Shown here piece after piece: positions 10,294 through 22,130 of a stretch of DNA of 60,233 nucleotides. The notes below the pieces were generated by a model, which ran no database searches, was not told where the DNA came from, and worked only from the letters and a program-made list of their open reading frames with translations. Position 1 is the first letter of the stretch; each line of letters opens with the position of its first letter. The DNA is from Phenylobacterium sp. (GTDB taxonomy: Bacteria; Pseudomonadota; Alphaproteobacteria; Caulobacterales; Caulobacteraceae): assembly GCF_028290885.1 (NCBI RefSeq), contig NZ_JAQGIZ010000038.1:1-60233 (forward strand), written 5' to 3'. Position numbers and translations under genes: made by a program.

Positions 10294-10308
10294 GAACAAA
10301 GAAAGAAC
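10294..10308. promoter_or_regulatory. Alphaproteobacterial LexA (SOS) box
   Basis: GAAC-aaagaaa-GAAC = perfect GTTC-N7-GTTC on the minus strand, 32 bp upstream of the lipoprotein start. Confidence 0.75.
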
Positions 10309-10401
10309 AACTTGCAACAGTTGTCGAGTCCAATTTGCCGGATTTGTCCCGCGGCCCCATCTGGCATAAGGCTGGCGGGCGTCGAATGAGGGGCCAAGGC
10401 C

Positions 10402-11601
10402 TTGCCAAGTACTTGGGGCGAAAAGCGGATTCTCCTGATCGTCGGCGGCGGGATCGCGGCCTATAAGGCGCTCGAGCTGACCCGCCTGCTGCGCAAGGCG
10501 GGCGTGGCCGTGCGGCCGATCCTGACCAAGGCGGGGGCGGAGTTCGTGACCCCGCTGTCGCTCTCGGCGCTGGCTGAGGACAAGGTCTATGCCGAGCTGT
10601 TCTCCCTGACCGACGAAGCCGAGATGGGCCACATCGAGCTCTCGCGCTCAGCCGACCTCGTGGTGGTCGCCCCGGCCACCGCCGACCTGATGGCCAAGGC
10701 GGCCAATGGCCTGGCCAACGACCTAGCCTCGACGACCCTGCTCGCGACCGACAAGCCGGTGCTGATGGCCCCGGCCATGAACGTGCGGATGTGGCAGCAC
10801 GCGGCCACCGTGCGGAACCTCGCGACGCTTGAGGCCGACGGGGTGGTGTTCGTGGGCCCCGACGAGGGCGCCATGGCCTGCGGCGAGTATGGCCCGGGCC
10901 GCATGGCCGAGCCGGCGGCGATCTTCGAGGCGATCATGGCGATCCTGCCCGGCGTCCGGCCGTTGGCCGGCAAGCGCGCGCTGGTGACCGCCGGCCCGAC
11001 CGCCGAGGCCATCGACCCGGTGCGGGTGCTGACCAACCGCTCGTCCGGCAAGCAGGGCTATGCGATCGCCGGCGCGCTGGCGGCCCTGGGCGCCGAGGTG
11101 GTGTTGGTCAGCGGACCGACGGCCCTGCCGACGCCCGCCGGGGTCAGCCGGGTGAACGTGGAGAGCGCCCGCGAGATGCTGACCGCGTGCGAGGCGGCCC
11201 TGCCGGCCGACATCGCCGTCTGCGTCGCCGCCGTGGCCGACTGGCGGCCCGCCGACGCCGGGGGGCGCAAGCTCAAGAAGGGCGCCGGCGCCCCCGAGCC
11301 CATCGCCCTCGTCGAAAATCCCGACATACTTGCCTTGCTGTCGAAAGATGTTCGTCGGCCCCGCCTGGTGATCGGCTTCGCGGCCGAGACGCACGATCTT
11401 GAGGCCAACGCCCGGGCCAAGCTCGGCAAGAAGGGCTGCGACTGGATCGTCGCCAACGACGTCAGCGTGGCGGGGACCATGGGCGGCGACGACAACGCCG
11501 TGGCCATCGTCAGCGTCAGCGGAATCGAGCGATGGGAGCGGATGGCCAAGGGCGAGGTGGCCCGGCGTCTCGCCCAACGCATCGCCGCCGAGTTTGCTTG
11601 A
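10402..11601 (+). CDS. coaBC: Bifunctional phosphopantothenoylcysteine decarboxylase/phosphopantothenate-cysteine ligase
   Basis: [42 protein letters not shown]. Confidence 0.96.
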   Translation: MPSTWGEKRILLIVGGGIAAYKALELTRLLRKAGVAVRPILTKAGAEFVTPLSLSALAEDKVYAELFSLTDEAEMGHIELSRSADLVVVAPATADLMAKAANGLANDLASTTLLATDKPVLMAPAMNVRMWQHAATVRNLATLEADGVVFVGPDEGAMACGEYGPGRMAEPAAIFEAIMAILPGVRPLAGKRALVTAGPTAEAIDPVRVLTNRSSGKQGYAIAGALAALGAEVVLVSGPTALPTPAGVSRVNVESAREMLTACEAALPADIAVCVAAVADWRPADAGGRKLKKGAGAPEPIALVENPDILALLSKDVRRPRLVIGFAAETHDLEANARAKLGKKGCDWIVANDVSVAGTMGGDDNAVAIVSVSGIERWERMAKGEVARRLAQRIAAEFA

Positions 11602-11611
11602 GGGAGTTCGC

Positions 11612-12064
11612 GTGAACCCGACCGTTCCGATCCTGCGCCTGCCGCACGGCGAGGGCCTGCCGCTCCCGGCCTACGAGACCGGCCAGGCCGCCGGCATGGA
11701 TCTGCGCGCCGCGGTGCCTGAGGACGAGCCCTTCGTCCTGCGCCCCGGTTCGCGGCATCCGATCCCCACGGGCCTCGCCTTCGCCCTGCCGCCGGGGTTC
11801 GAGGGCCAGGTGCGGCCGCGCTCGGGCCTGGCGGTCAAGCACGGCGTCACCTGCCTGAACACGCCGGGCACCGTCGACGCCGACTACCGGGGCGAGGTGA
11901 AGGTGATCCTGATCAACCTTGGCGAGGAGGACTTCGTCATCCGCCGCGGCGAGCGCATCGCCCAGTTGGTGATCGCCCCCGTGGTGCAGGCCGTCTGGTC
12001 GGAGGTGGCGAGCCTCGACGAGACGGCGCGCGGCGCCGGCGGTTTCGGCTCGACCGGCCGATGA
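11612..12064 (+). CDS. dut: dUTP diphosphatase
   Basis: [32 protein letters not shown]; GTG start after GGGAG. Confidence 0.96.
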   Translation: MNPTVPILRLPHGEGLPLPAYETGQAAGMDLRAAVPEDEPFVLRPGSRHPIPTGLAFALPPGFEGQVRPRSGLAVKHGVTCLNTPGTVDADYRGEVKVILINLGEEDFVIRRGERIAQLVIAPVVQAVWSEVASLDETARGAGGFGSTGR

Positions 12065-12699
12065 GCGAGCAGCCGGCCCGCAAGAGGCGCCTGCCGTTGC
12101 GCTGGCTTTCGCTGGCGGAGCTGGTGGGCATCGTGGCCGTGGCGATCGCGGCGCTCGGCTATTGGGACAGCCACCGCGAGCGAACCCAGACCGACCGCGA
12201 ACGCGCCGCCGCCGAGCAGGAGAAGCAGGCCGAGGCCAGGGCCGGGGCCCTGAAGCTGTCGTTCCTGATGACCGGAACGCCGGAGAGTGGCGGCGACCGC
12301 CTGCGGCTGGCGACGGTGCACCCAGAACAGGTGATCCAGACCCAGACGCTCAGCTTCCCCAGCGACGTGCGCGGCGACGCGGTGCAGACCACCGGCAATC
12401 CGCGCATCGAGGCCGGCTGGTTCGAGGGCGGCCTCGACAGGGCGCTGCACGCCCGCGGCTCCAAGGCGCGTCAGGGCCGGCTGCCGGTGGGCATCGTCAC
12501 GGTGTTCATCGAGGACGGGCAGACCAAGACCGACCGCGCGCTCTACCTGGTGGGCTACAGCCTGCATCCGCGCGTGCTGCGCAGCGACAAGGTCGAGCTG
12601 GAAGGCCTGTCGCTGGTCCGGCGCGGGGTGGGCGAAGACGTGCAGGCTGCCGTTGACGCCCTTTGGGCGCGCGAGGCGCCGGCGCCCGCCAAGCCGTGA
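12061..12699 (+). CDS. Hypothetical membrane-anchored protein
   Basis: N-terminal TM segment; ATGA overlap with dut and GTGA overlap with the next gene. Confidence 0.7.
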   Translation: MSEQPARKRRLPLRWLSLAELVGIVAVAIAALGYWDSHRERTQTDRERAAAEQEKQAEARAGALKLSFLMTGTPESGGDRLRLATVHPEQVIQTQTLSFPSDVRGDAVQTTGNPRIEAGWFEGGLDRALHARGSKARQGRLPVGIVTVFIEDGQTKTDRALYLVGYSLHPRVLRSDKVELEGLSLVRRGVGEDVQAAVDALWAREAPAPAKP

Positions 12700-13235
12700 A
12701 CCGCTCCGGCCTGGCCTCGGCCAACTATGAGCTGACGCCGCTGTCTTCCGCCGACCGGGCCGACCTCTTCGCCCACCTCTCCGACGCCCGCACCGTCGAG
12801 CACATGGACATCGAGCCCTTGGCCGACCTGGCGGGCGCCGACGCGGTGATCGCCTGGGCGACCGGCCTCGCGGCCTCCGGCGACGGGATCCGCTGGGCGA
12901 TCCGCGACCGGACCGGCGCCTTCGTCGGCACGGCGGGCTTCAACGCCCTGGTGCGCGAGCGCGGGTCGCGCGGCGAGGTGGCCTACGACGTGGTCCGCCC
13001 GCGCTGGCGGCAGGGCGTGATGGCGGAGGTGTTGCCACTGGTCCTCGGCCACGGGTTCGGGGCGCTCGGCCTGCATCGCATCGAGGCCATGGTCACCCCG
13101 GGCAACGTCGCCTCGGCCGCCCTGTTGGAGCGCCACGGGTTCGCACGCGAGGCGGTGCTGCGGGACTACGCCTTCTGGAAGGGCCGCTACTGGGACCAGT
13201 GGCTCTACGCGCGCCTCGCGGACGACGGGGGCTAG
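12696..13235 (+). CDS. GNAT N-acetyltransferase (RimJ/RimL type)
   Basis: WRQGVMAE, LHRIEA, NVASAALLERHGF motifs. Confidence 0.88.
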   Translation: MNRSGLASANYELTPLSSADRADLFAHLSDARTVEHMDIEPLADLAGADAVIAWATGLAASGDGIRWAIRDRTGAFVGTAGFNALVRERGSRGEVAYDVVRPRWRQGVMAEVLPLVLGHGFGALGLHRIEAMVTPGNVASAALLERHGFAREAVLRDYAFWKGRYWDQWLYARLADDGG

Positions 13236-14680
13236 CTCGCCAGCTCCGGGGCGGTGAAGCCGCGGACGTTCTCCTCGATCGCCTGGGCCAGCGCCAGCAT
13301 GCGCGCGTCGCCGTTCAGGGGACCGATCAGCTGCACCCCGACCGGCAGGCCGGAGCTGGAGGGTCCGGCCGGGATCGCCGTGGCCGGCAGGTGCAGGGCG
13401 GTCGCCAGCGAGATCCAGTTGAGCATCGAAGTGTAGGGCATCGCCTTGCCGTCCGACGCTGTCAGCCTACGCCGGCCGAACGGGCGGTGGTCATGCGGGA
13501 AGGCGGTGATCGGGGCGATCGGCGACAGGATGGCGTCGAAGCGGCTGAAGACACCGGCGATCTCATGGCGCAGCCGGGCGCGCACGGCGTCGGCGGCCAT
13601 CCACTCGCGGTGGGTTGCGGTGTAGGCCAGCGTCATGGCCGCGGTCGAGGTCGGCGCAGCCCCGCGGCTCATCTGCCAACGGGCCCAGCCGCGCAGGCGC
13701 TCCATGCCGCGGATCATGCCGGGCGGCATGTCCTCGCCGAGCACGCCGCCGAGCAGCACCTGGTAGGCGCCCATCAGGCTCGGCATGTGCACGGGGGAGG
13801 CGATGGGCGTCACCTCCGCGCCCGCCGCGGAAAGCTCGGCGGCGAAGCTCTCGATCGCCGCGCGGACCTCCGGGTCCAGCGGGAAGCTCGGCTCGTCGAG
13901 CCAGAGCGCGATCCGGGCCTCCTTCAGGTCGGCCGGCGGGGCCCTGGGCGCCAGCGGCCCGCCCTCGAGCACCGAGAGCAGCAGGCGCAGGTCGCGGGCC
14001 GAGCGGGCCATGGGGCCGACGACGTTCAGGTCGCGCTCGCTCCAGGAGCCGGGGGAGGGCGGCACGTGGCCGTGCTGGTCGACCAGGCCCCAGGTGGGCT
14101 TGTGGCTGTAGACGCCGCAGAAGCTCGCCGGGATGCGCAGGGAGCCGCCGATGTCCGAGCCGATCTCCAGCGCCGTGACGCCCGTGGCGAGGGCCGCCGC
14201 GGCGCCGCCGGACGAGCCGCCGGTTGTTCGAGCCTGGTCCCAGGGATTGTTGGTGGTCCCGTAGAGCGCGTTGAAGGTCTGCCAGTCGCCGGCCATCACC
14301 GGGGTGTTGGTCTTGCCCCAGATCACCGCGCCGGCCTGCCTGGCGAGCTTCACCACCGAGGCGTCCTCGGCCTGGCGCTGGCGCAGGCTCCTGAGCCCCG
14401 AAGAGGCCGGCAGGCCGACCACGTCGAGCGTGTCTTTCACGGTCATCGGCAGCCCGGCCAGCAGGCCGAGGGTCTCGCCCTTCATCCGCAGGTCGTCGAT
14501 GGCCCGCGCCCGCTCCAGCGCCCGTTCCAGGTTCACCGCGACGACGGCGTTCAGTTGTCCATGGGTCTGCTCGTGCCGGGCCAGCGCCGCCTTCAGCAGT
14601 TCGACCGCCGAGACCCGCCTGGCGTTCAGCGCCGCGAGCTGGTCGGTGGCGTCGCGCTTGAGGAGGTCGTCCACGATCAA
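13232..14680 (-). CDS. Amidase signature family protein
   Basis: [22 protein letters not shown] (Ser-Ser-Lys triad). Confidence 0.92.
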   Translation of the reverse strand: MIVDDLLKRDATDQLAALNARRVSAVELLKAALARHEQTHGQLNAVVAVNLERALERARAIDDLRMKGETLGLLAGLPMTVKDTLDVVGLPASSGLRSLRQRQAEDASVVKLARQAGAVIWGKTNTPVMAGDWQTFNALYGTTNNPWDQARTTGGSSGGAAAALATGVTALEIGSDIGGSLRIPASFCGVYSHKPTWGLVDQHGHVPPSPGSWSERDLNVVGPMARSARDLRLLLSVLEGGPLAPRAPPADLKEARIALWLDEPSFPLDPEVRAAIESFAAELSAAGAEVTPIASPVHMPSLMGAYQVLLGGVLGEDMPPGMIRGMERLRGWARWQMSRGAAPTSTAAMTLAYTATHREWMAADAVRARLRHEIAGVFSRFDAILSPIAPITAFPHDHRPFGRRRLTASDGKAMPYTSMLNWISLATALHLPATAIPAGPSSSGLPVGVQLIGPLNGDARMLALAQAIEENVRGFTAPELAS

Positions 14681-15474
14681 CCTCGCCCGGAAAAGCCCAG
14701 GACGTCACGCATGTCGTACTGGCCGGGCGGGCGGCCGGCGACCCAGCGCGCTGCGACGACAGCGCCTCGCGCGAAGAGGCCGCGGTCGCGGGCGGAGTGC
14801 GACAGGGTGAGGATCTCATCCTCCGCGGCGAAGGTGACGCTGTGCTCGCCGACGATGCCGCCGCCGCGCATGACCGCGAAGCCGATCTCGCCCGCGGGCC
14901 GCGGGCCGGTGATCCCATCGCGGCCCCGCTTGGCGACGTTGGAGAGCGCCACGCCTCGGCCCTTGGCCGCCGCCTCGCCCAGCATCAGGGCTGTGCCGGA
15001 GGGGGCGTCGACTTTGCGCCGGTGGTGCGCCTCGAAGACCTCGATGTCGTAGGCCTCGGGGCCGAGCTGGCGCGCCGCCTGTTCGACCAGGCCCATGAGC
15101 ATGTTGACCCCCAGCGAGAAGTTGCCGGCCCGGACGATCGCGACCTTCAGCGCCGCGGATTCGATGGCCGCCAGCTGGGCCGCGTCAAACCCTGTCGATC
15201 CGATCACCAGAGCCGGACCGCCGCGGCCCGCGCAGACCTGGGCCAGCGCCGTCGAGGCCGCCGGTGTAGTGAAGTCGATGACCACGTCGGCGGCGGCCAG
15301 GGCCGCGTCCTGGCCCACCAGGCCTTCACCCGTCCGCCCGGGTCGGCCGAAACGCGCGGCGAGGCTCAGCGCGGGCTCGGCCTCCACGGCCGCGGCCACG
15401 GCCCTGCCCATGCGCCCGAGCGCGCCGGCCACGGCGATCCCGATCTGGGGGCCCTTTATCTGGGTTTGGGGCAG
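14677..15474 (-). CDS. dapB: 4-hydroxy-tetrahydrodipicolinate reductase
   Basis: [26 protein letters not shown]. Start inferred at CTG 15474 (see findings). Confidence 0.93.
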   Translation of the reverse strand: MPQTQIKGPQIGIAVAGALGRMGRAVAAAVEAEPALSLAARFGRPGRTGEGLVGQDAALAAADVVIDFTTPAASTALAQVCAGRGGPALVIGSTGFDAAQLAAIESAALKVAIVRAGNFSLGVNMLMGLVEQAARQLGPEAYDIEVFEAHHRRKVDAPSGTALMLGEAAAKGRGVALSNVAKRGRDGITGPRPAGEIGFAVMRGGGIVGEHSVTFAAEDEILTLSHSARDRGLFARGAVVAARWVAGRPPGQYDMRDVLGFSGRG

Positions 15475-15548
15475 CGGCTTCCCTCCGGCCTGTTTGCAAG
15501 AACAGCTAGTCTCGCGAGCCGGAGGGGCCGGTCAAGGCGCCGCTTCAG

Positions 15549-16208
15549 TCAGGCCGCGGCAGTCTCGGGCAGGTTCATCATCTTGTGCATCGTGGTCTTC
15601 TGCACGCTTGGCCGTTCGGCCATGCGGTCGAGCCAGGCCAACAGCGGCGATCCGGCCATGATCTTGGCGCCCTCGGGGGTTTGCACGAGGAGGTCGAGGT
15701 GCGAGACGGCCATCAGGTCCGCAAGCGAGACCTGGTCGCCGGCGAAGTAAGGCTTGTCGGCCAGGATGTCTTCCAGGGCCGCGACGCAGACCTCGGCCAG
15801 CGGCCCCGCCGCGGCCACCACGGCCTCGTCCACCGGCATGCCGAAGATCGGCTTGACGATCCGGTTGAAGCCGATGCCCATGCTGATCGAGGGCATGACG
15901 TACCAGTCGATGATGTTCATCACCTGGTTCATTCGCGCCTGCGCTTTGGGGGCGGCCGGCGTAAGGCTGGGGCCGTCCGACACCTGGTCGATGTAGCGGA
16001 TCATCGCCTGGGCCTCGTAGAGCCAGAACCCGTCGTGTTCCATGTAAGGAATCCGGCCGAACGGCTGGCGGGCCAGGTGCTCGGGGGTCTTGGTCTTGCC
16101 GAACTCCATGGCGGCGAGGCGGTAGGGGACGCCCTTTTCTTCGCAGGCGAGCAGCGGCATGCGCACATAGGGGCTGCCGGGAATGCCGTGGATGACGATG
16201 GTGGGCAT
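15549..16208 (-). CDS. Glutathione S-transferase family protein
   Basis: SPYVR, QPFGRIP, LYEAQAMIRYI, SLADL. Confidence 0.9.
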   Translation of the reverse strand: MPTIVIHGIPGSPYVRMPLLACEEKGVPYRLAAMEFGKTKTPEHLARQPFGRIPYMEHDGFWLYEAQAMIRYIDQVSDGPSLTPAAPKAQARMNQVMNIIDWYVMPSISMGIGFNRIVKPIFGMPVDEAVVAAAGPLAEVCVAALEDILADKPYFAGDQVSLADLMAVSHLDLLVQTPEGAKIMAGSPLLAWLDRMAERPSVQKTTMHKMMNLPETAAA

Positions 16209-16241
16209 GGGAATCTCCTCTTCCTGGGTTGATGCGAAGGT

Positions 16242-16715
16242 TCAGCCGTTCACGACGGCCTTGAAGCTATCGAGGATGGTCCCCCAGCCGCCGTCCATGG
16301 AGACGCGGGTCTGGTTGGCCGCCTCGCTGTCGCCGAAGCGCTCGAGGTCGCGGTGTTCGAATTCGACGCGGGTCTCGCCGCTAGGCAGGGCGACGAACCG
16401 CACCTCGACCTCGGTCAGCAGGCTGGGGTCGTAGGTCCAGGCCGGGCCGATCCGCCAGGCGAGCACCAGGCGCCCCGGCGGCTCCCAGGCCAGGACATCG
16501 CCCCACAACCCTTCGCTGCCGTCCTCGTGCAGGCCGTACCAGCGGCCGCCGACGCCGGGCTCGATCACCGCCTTTTTCAGCGGCGAGGCGCCGATGGAAT
16601 GGGTCTTCGGCCACCAGCGGTCGAAGCCGTCGGTGAACACCGCGAACGCCTTTTCCGGCGTTGCGCGGACGGTGAAGGTCTTGGCGATCGCGGCGGGTTT
16701 GATCGTCTGGCTCAC
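16242..16715 (-). CDS. SRPBCC/AHSA1-like protein
   Basis: FDRWWP, WEPPGRLVLAW, TEVEVRF, GGW; coupled to the ArsR gene. Confidence 0.88.
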   Translation of the reverse strand: MSQTIKPAAIAKTFTVRATPEKAFAVFTDGFDRWWPKTHSIGASPLKKAVIEPGVGGRWYGLHEDGSEGLWGDVLAWEPPGRLVLAWRIGPAWTYDPSLLTEVEVRFVALPSGETRVEFEHRDLERFGDSEAANQTRVSMDGGWGTILDSFKAVVNG

Positions 16716-17050
16716 GGCTGTTCCTTGTCTGTCGGGTGGGTGTCTTCGTCATGGCCGCGTTCCACCTCGGCCTTGAAGGCGTCGAGGGCGGTGTCCCAGA
16801 ACTGGTCGAGCCAGGCGCGGATCTGGCCGAGGCCCTTGGGGTCGATCTGGTAGATGCGGCGCGCGCCGTCCGGCCGATCGGTGACCAAGCCGGCCTCCTT
16901 CAGCACCTTCAGGTGTTGGGAAACGGCCGGCCGGCTGACCGGCAGGCCCTGCGCCAGTTCGCCCACGGCCAGTGGCCCGCGCGCGAGGCGTTCGAACACC
17001 TCCCGCCGGGTGGGGTCGGCCAGGGCCGCAAAGGACAGAGCGTTAGTCAT
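16712..17050 (-). CDS. ArsR/SmtB-family transcriptional regulator
   Basis: ALADPTRR, SRPAVSQHLKVLKEAGLV. Confidence 0.92.
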   Translation of the reverse strand: MTNALSFAALADPTRREVFERLARGPLAVGELAQGLPVSRPAVSQHLKVLKEAGLVTDRPDGARRIYQIDPKGLGQIRAWLDQFWDTALDAFKAEVERGHDEDTHPTDKEQP

Positions 17051-17075
17051 GGCTTACCGTAAGTCATGACTAACG
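17041..17075. promoter_or_regulatory. 35-bp near-perfect palindrome over the ArsR start/promoter (probable autoregulatory operator)
   Basis: CGTTAGTCATG-g-CTTAC-c-GTAAG-t-CATGACTAACG. Confidence 0.7.
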
Positions 17076-17146
17076 TATGAGTCAAGCGACGGTGCGATCG
17101 AAAGCGCGGGAGCGGGCTCGGCCCGTCCCGGCTCCGGACCCGACGG

Positions 17147-17599
17147 CTACTTCTTCGGCAGCATCTTCCTGATGTCGGCCTGGCTGGCGTTGATCGTCGC
17201 CGCCCCGTTCTGCACGCCGAGCTTCGACGTATCGACGGCGAAGGTGTCGGCGCCCATCTTGATGGTCGCGACGCCGTTCTTCACCTCCGTCACCTGGCCG
17301 ATGGCGGCGCCGGTGTTGTCCTTCACCGACATGCCGCTGCTGACCTCAGCGCTGGCCCCGACGTTGGCCGCCGCGTTCGTTCCGGACGAGGTGGTCGCAC
17401 TGGGCGACGTAGCCGAGGACGCGGGGGGCAGGGCGCTGGATGACGTGGTCGCGCTCGGGGCGGTGGAGGTCGCAGGCGGCGGCGCGGCGGTCTGGGGCAC
17501 AGCCTGTCGCGCGGCGCCGGGCGAGGTGGCCTGGGCCAATACAGGGCCGGCGATGGCGAGCGCTGCCGCCAGCGCCGCATAGGAGAGGGTCTTCGGCAT
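17147..17599 (-). CDS. Secreted hypothetical protein (Ser/Thr/Ala-rich linker plus small beta domain)
   Basis: Signal peptide ending VLA-Q; C-terminal GMSVKDNTGAAIGQVTEV resembles a PRC-barrel start. Confidence 0.7.
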   Translation of the reverse strand: MPKTLSYAALAAALAIAGPVLAQATSPGAARQAVPQTAAPPPATSTAPSATTSSSALPPASSATSPSATTSSGTNAAANVGASAEVSSGMSVKDNTGAAIGQVTEVKNGVATIKMGADTFAVDTSKLGVQNGAATINASQADIRKMLPKK

Positions 17600-17793
17600 G
17601 GTTTCTTCCCGTGTGAAAGGCCCCCGGCCAGCGTCTCCATAGCGAGCGTGGCCGGGAATTGTTCCAAACCCGCAATTCGCCCTGCAATATTCGCCAGGAA
17701 CGCCCAAGCTCGACCAAGGTTGTTTCAGCCGCCCCGGGTCTGTAGGTTCCCGCACTCATCGCAACCGACGCCTTAGGGGGACCCGCCGCCGCC

Positions 17794-20085
<2,292 letters not shown>

Positions 20086-20130
20086 CGCTGAAGTTTGCTA
20101 TGGGGCGCGCCCTGCACAGGAGCGCGTCGC

Positions 20131-21495
20131 GTGAGCTCGACCTTAAGCCTCGGCATCGACTTCGGGACGACCAACACCGTCGTGGCCCTGGCCGACGCGC
20201 ACGGGCCGGCGCACCTGGTCCGCTTCCCGGCGCCCAATACTTTGCCTTCTGGAGGCGTCGAAGACGCCTCCGGGGGCGAGCTGTTCGCCTTCCGCAGCTG
20301 CCTGTCCTTCCACGCCGGCGACCGCCCCAGCGACCGCGCCGTCGCGGCGGGTCCCTGGGCCATCGAGGCCTATGTGGAGGACCCGGCCGAGACCCGCTTC
20401 ATCCAGTCGTTCAAGAGCTTCGCGGCCTCGGAGAGTTTCAGCGAGACCCAGGTGCTTGGCCGGCGTTACCGGTTCGAGGACCTGCTCTCGACCTTCCTCC
20501 TGAAGCTGCGCGCCTATGCCGACGTGGGCATGGCCGAACTGCCGAGCCGGGTGATCGTCGGCCGCCCGGTGACCTTCGCCGGCGCCGCGCCCAGCGAGGC
20601 CCTGGCGCTGTCGCGCTATGAGACCGCCTTCGCGCGTATGGGCTTTTCGGAGATCCTCTATGCCTACGAGCCGGTGGGCGCGGCCTTCTTCTTCGCCCGC
20701 GAGCTCGACCATGACGCCACCGTGCTGGTCGGCGACTTCGGCGGCGGCACCTCGGACTTCTCGATCATCCGCTTCGAACGCCCCAAGACAGGAGAGGGGG
20801 CGGGCGAGATCCGCGCCATCCCGCTCGGGCGTTCCGGCGTCGGGGTGGCGGGCGACGCCTTCGACTACCGGATCATCGACCACCTGGTCTCGCCGGCGCT
20901 CGGCAAGGGGTCGAGCTACCTGAGCTTCGGCAAGACCCTGCCGATCCCCAACCGCTACTATTCGGCCTTCGCGCGCTGGGACCAGCTCGCCCTGATGCGC
21001 GCCAGCCGCGACATGCGCGAGATCCGCGCCCTGGTCCGCGAAGCGACCGAGCCCGAGAAGATCGCGCGGCTCGTGGAGACGCTCGACGAGAACTACGGCT
21101 ACCAGCTCTACCGCTCCGTCTCGCGGCTGAAAGAGGCGCTGTCGGCGGAAGAGGCCGCCGAATTCCGCTTCGAGGCAGGCTCGATCTCGCTCGCCGGCAC
21201 GGTCCGCCGCACGACCTTCGAGCGCTGGATCGCCCCGGAGCTGGCGCGGATCGAAGCGGCGGTAGACGCGGCGCTGGCCAACGCCGCCCTGGCGCCCGAG
21301 GGCATCGACCGCATCTTCCTGACCGGCGGCTCGTCGCTGGTGCCGGCCGTGCGCGCGATCTTCCACCGCCGCTTCGACCCCGCGCGCATCGAGACCGGCG
21401 CCGAATTGGAATCCATCGCCTCGGGCCTGGCGCTGATGGGCCGCGAGCGCGACCTTTCCCGCTGGACCACGCGGGCCAAGCCTGGAGGCGCCTGA
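20131..21495 (+). CDS. Hsp70-family protein (YegD-like)
   Basis: GIDFGTTNT, GRPVTF, DFGGGTSDFS, LTGGSS; short, no DnaK substrate-binding domain. Confidence 0.88.
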   Translation: MSSTLSLGIDFGTTNTVVALADAHGPAHLVRFPAPNTLPSGGVEDASGGELFAFRSCLSFHAGDRPSDRAVAAGPWAIEAYVEDPAETRFIQSFKSFAASESFSETQVLGRRYRFEDLLSTFLLKLRAYADVGMAELPSRVIVGRPVTFAGAAPSEALALSRYETAFARMGFSEILYAYEPVGAAFFFARELDHDATVLVGDFGGGTSDFSIIRFERPKTGEGAGEIRAIPLGRSGVGVAGDAFDYRIIDHLVSPALGKGSSYLSFGKTLPIPNRYYSAFARWDQLALMRASRDMREIRALVREATEPEKIARLVETLDENYGYQLYRSVSRLKEALSAEEAAEFRFEAGSISLAGTVRRTTFERWIAPELARIEAAVDAALANAALAPEGIDRIFLTGGSSLVPAVRAIFHRRFDPARIETGAELESIASGLALMGRERDLSRWTTRAKPGGA

Positions 21496-22130
21496 TGATC
21501 CTGATCGGCCACTACGACAGTCCCTTCGTGCGCCGTGTGGCGATCGCATTGCGCCTCTACAGCATGCCCTACGAGCACCGCGCCTGGTCGGTGTTCTCGC
21601 AGGCCTCGGAGATCGCCGCCTACAATCCGCTCAAGCGCGTGCCGACCCTGGTCCTCCAGGACGGTGAGGTCCTGATCGAGAGCGCCGCCATCCTCGACTG
21701 GCTGGACGAGGTCGCGGGGCCCGAGCGGGCGCTGATCGCGCAGGACGGCCCCGAGCGGCGGCAGGCCCTGAAGGTCTGCGCGCTCGCCAGCGGTCTCGCC
21801 GACAAGGCGGTCAGCCTGGTCTACGAGCGGGCCGTCCACGGACGCGAGACGCCGCTCTGGGTCGAGCGTTGCCGCTCGCAGATCGGCGGCGTGCTGACGG
21901 CCCTGGAGGCCGACCGCGCCGGTCAGCAGGGCCCTTGGTGGTATGGCGCGAAGATCAACCACGCCGACATCATGGTGGGCTGCGTGCTGCGGTTCCTGGG
22001 CGAGGCCCGTCCGGACGTCTTCGTCGCCGCCGACTGGCCGGCGCTGGCGGCCCATGCGGCGGCCTGCGAGGCGTTGCCGGAGTTCGCCGCGGTGGTCATG
22101 CCATTCTTCGTGGCGCCGCCGAAGGCCTGA
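21495..22130 (+). CDS. Glutathione S-transferase family protein
   Basis: DSPFVRR, NPLKRVPTL, IESAAILDWL. Confidence 0.9.
   Translation: MILIGHYDSPFVRRVAIALRLYSMPYEHRAWSVFSQASEIAAYNPLKRVPTLVLQDGEVLIESAAILDWLDEVAGPERALIAQDGPERRQALKVCALASGLADKAVSLVYERAVHGRETPLWVERCRSQIGGVLTALEADRAGQQGPWWYGAKINHADIMVGCVLRFLGEARPDVFVAADWPALAAHAAACEALPEFAAVVMPFFVAPPKA

Noticed and set aside
13199-15052. Long antisense/alternate-frame ORFs (also 24197-26176, 29218-31299, 38260-40089, 43983-45833, 52544-54403)
   Set aside because: Shadows of well-supported genes caused by stop-codon scarcity in high-GC DNA; no recognisable motifs
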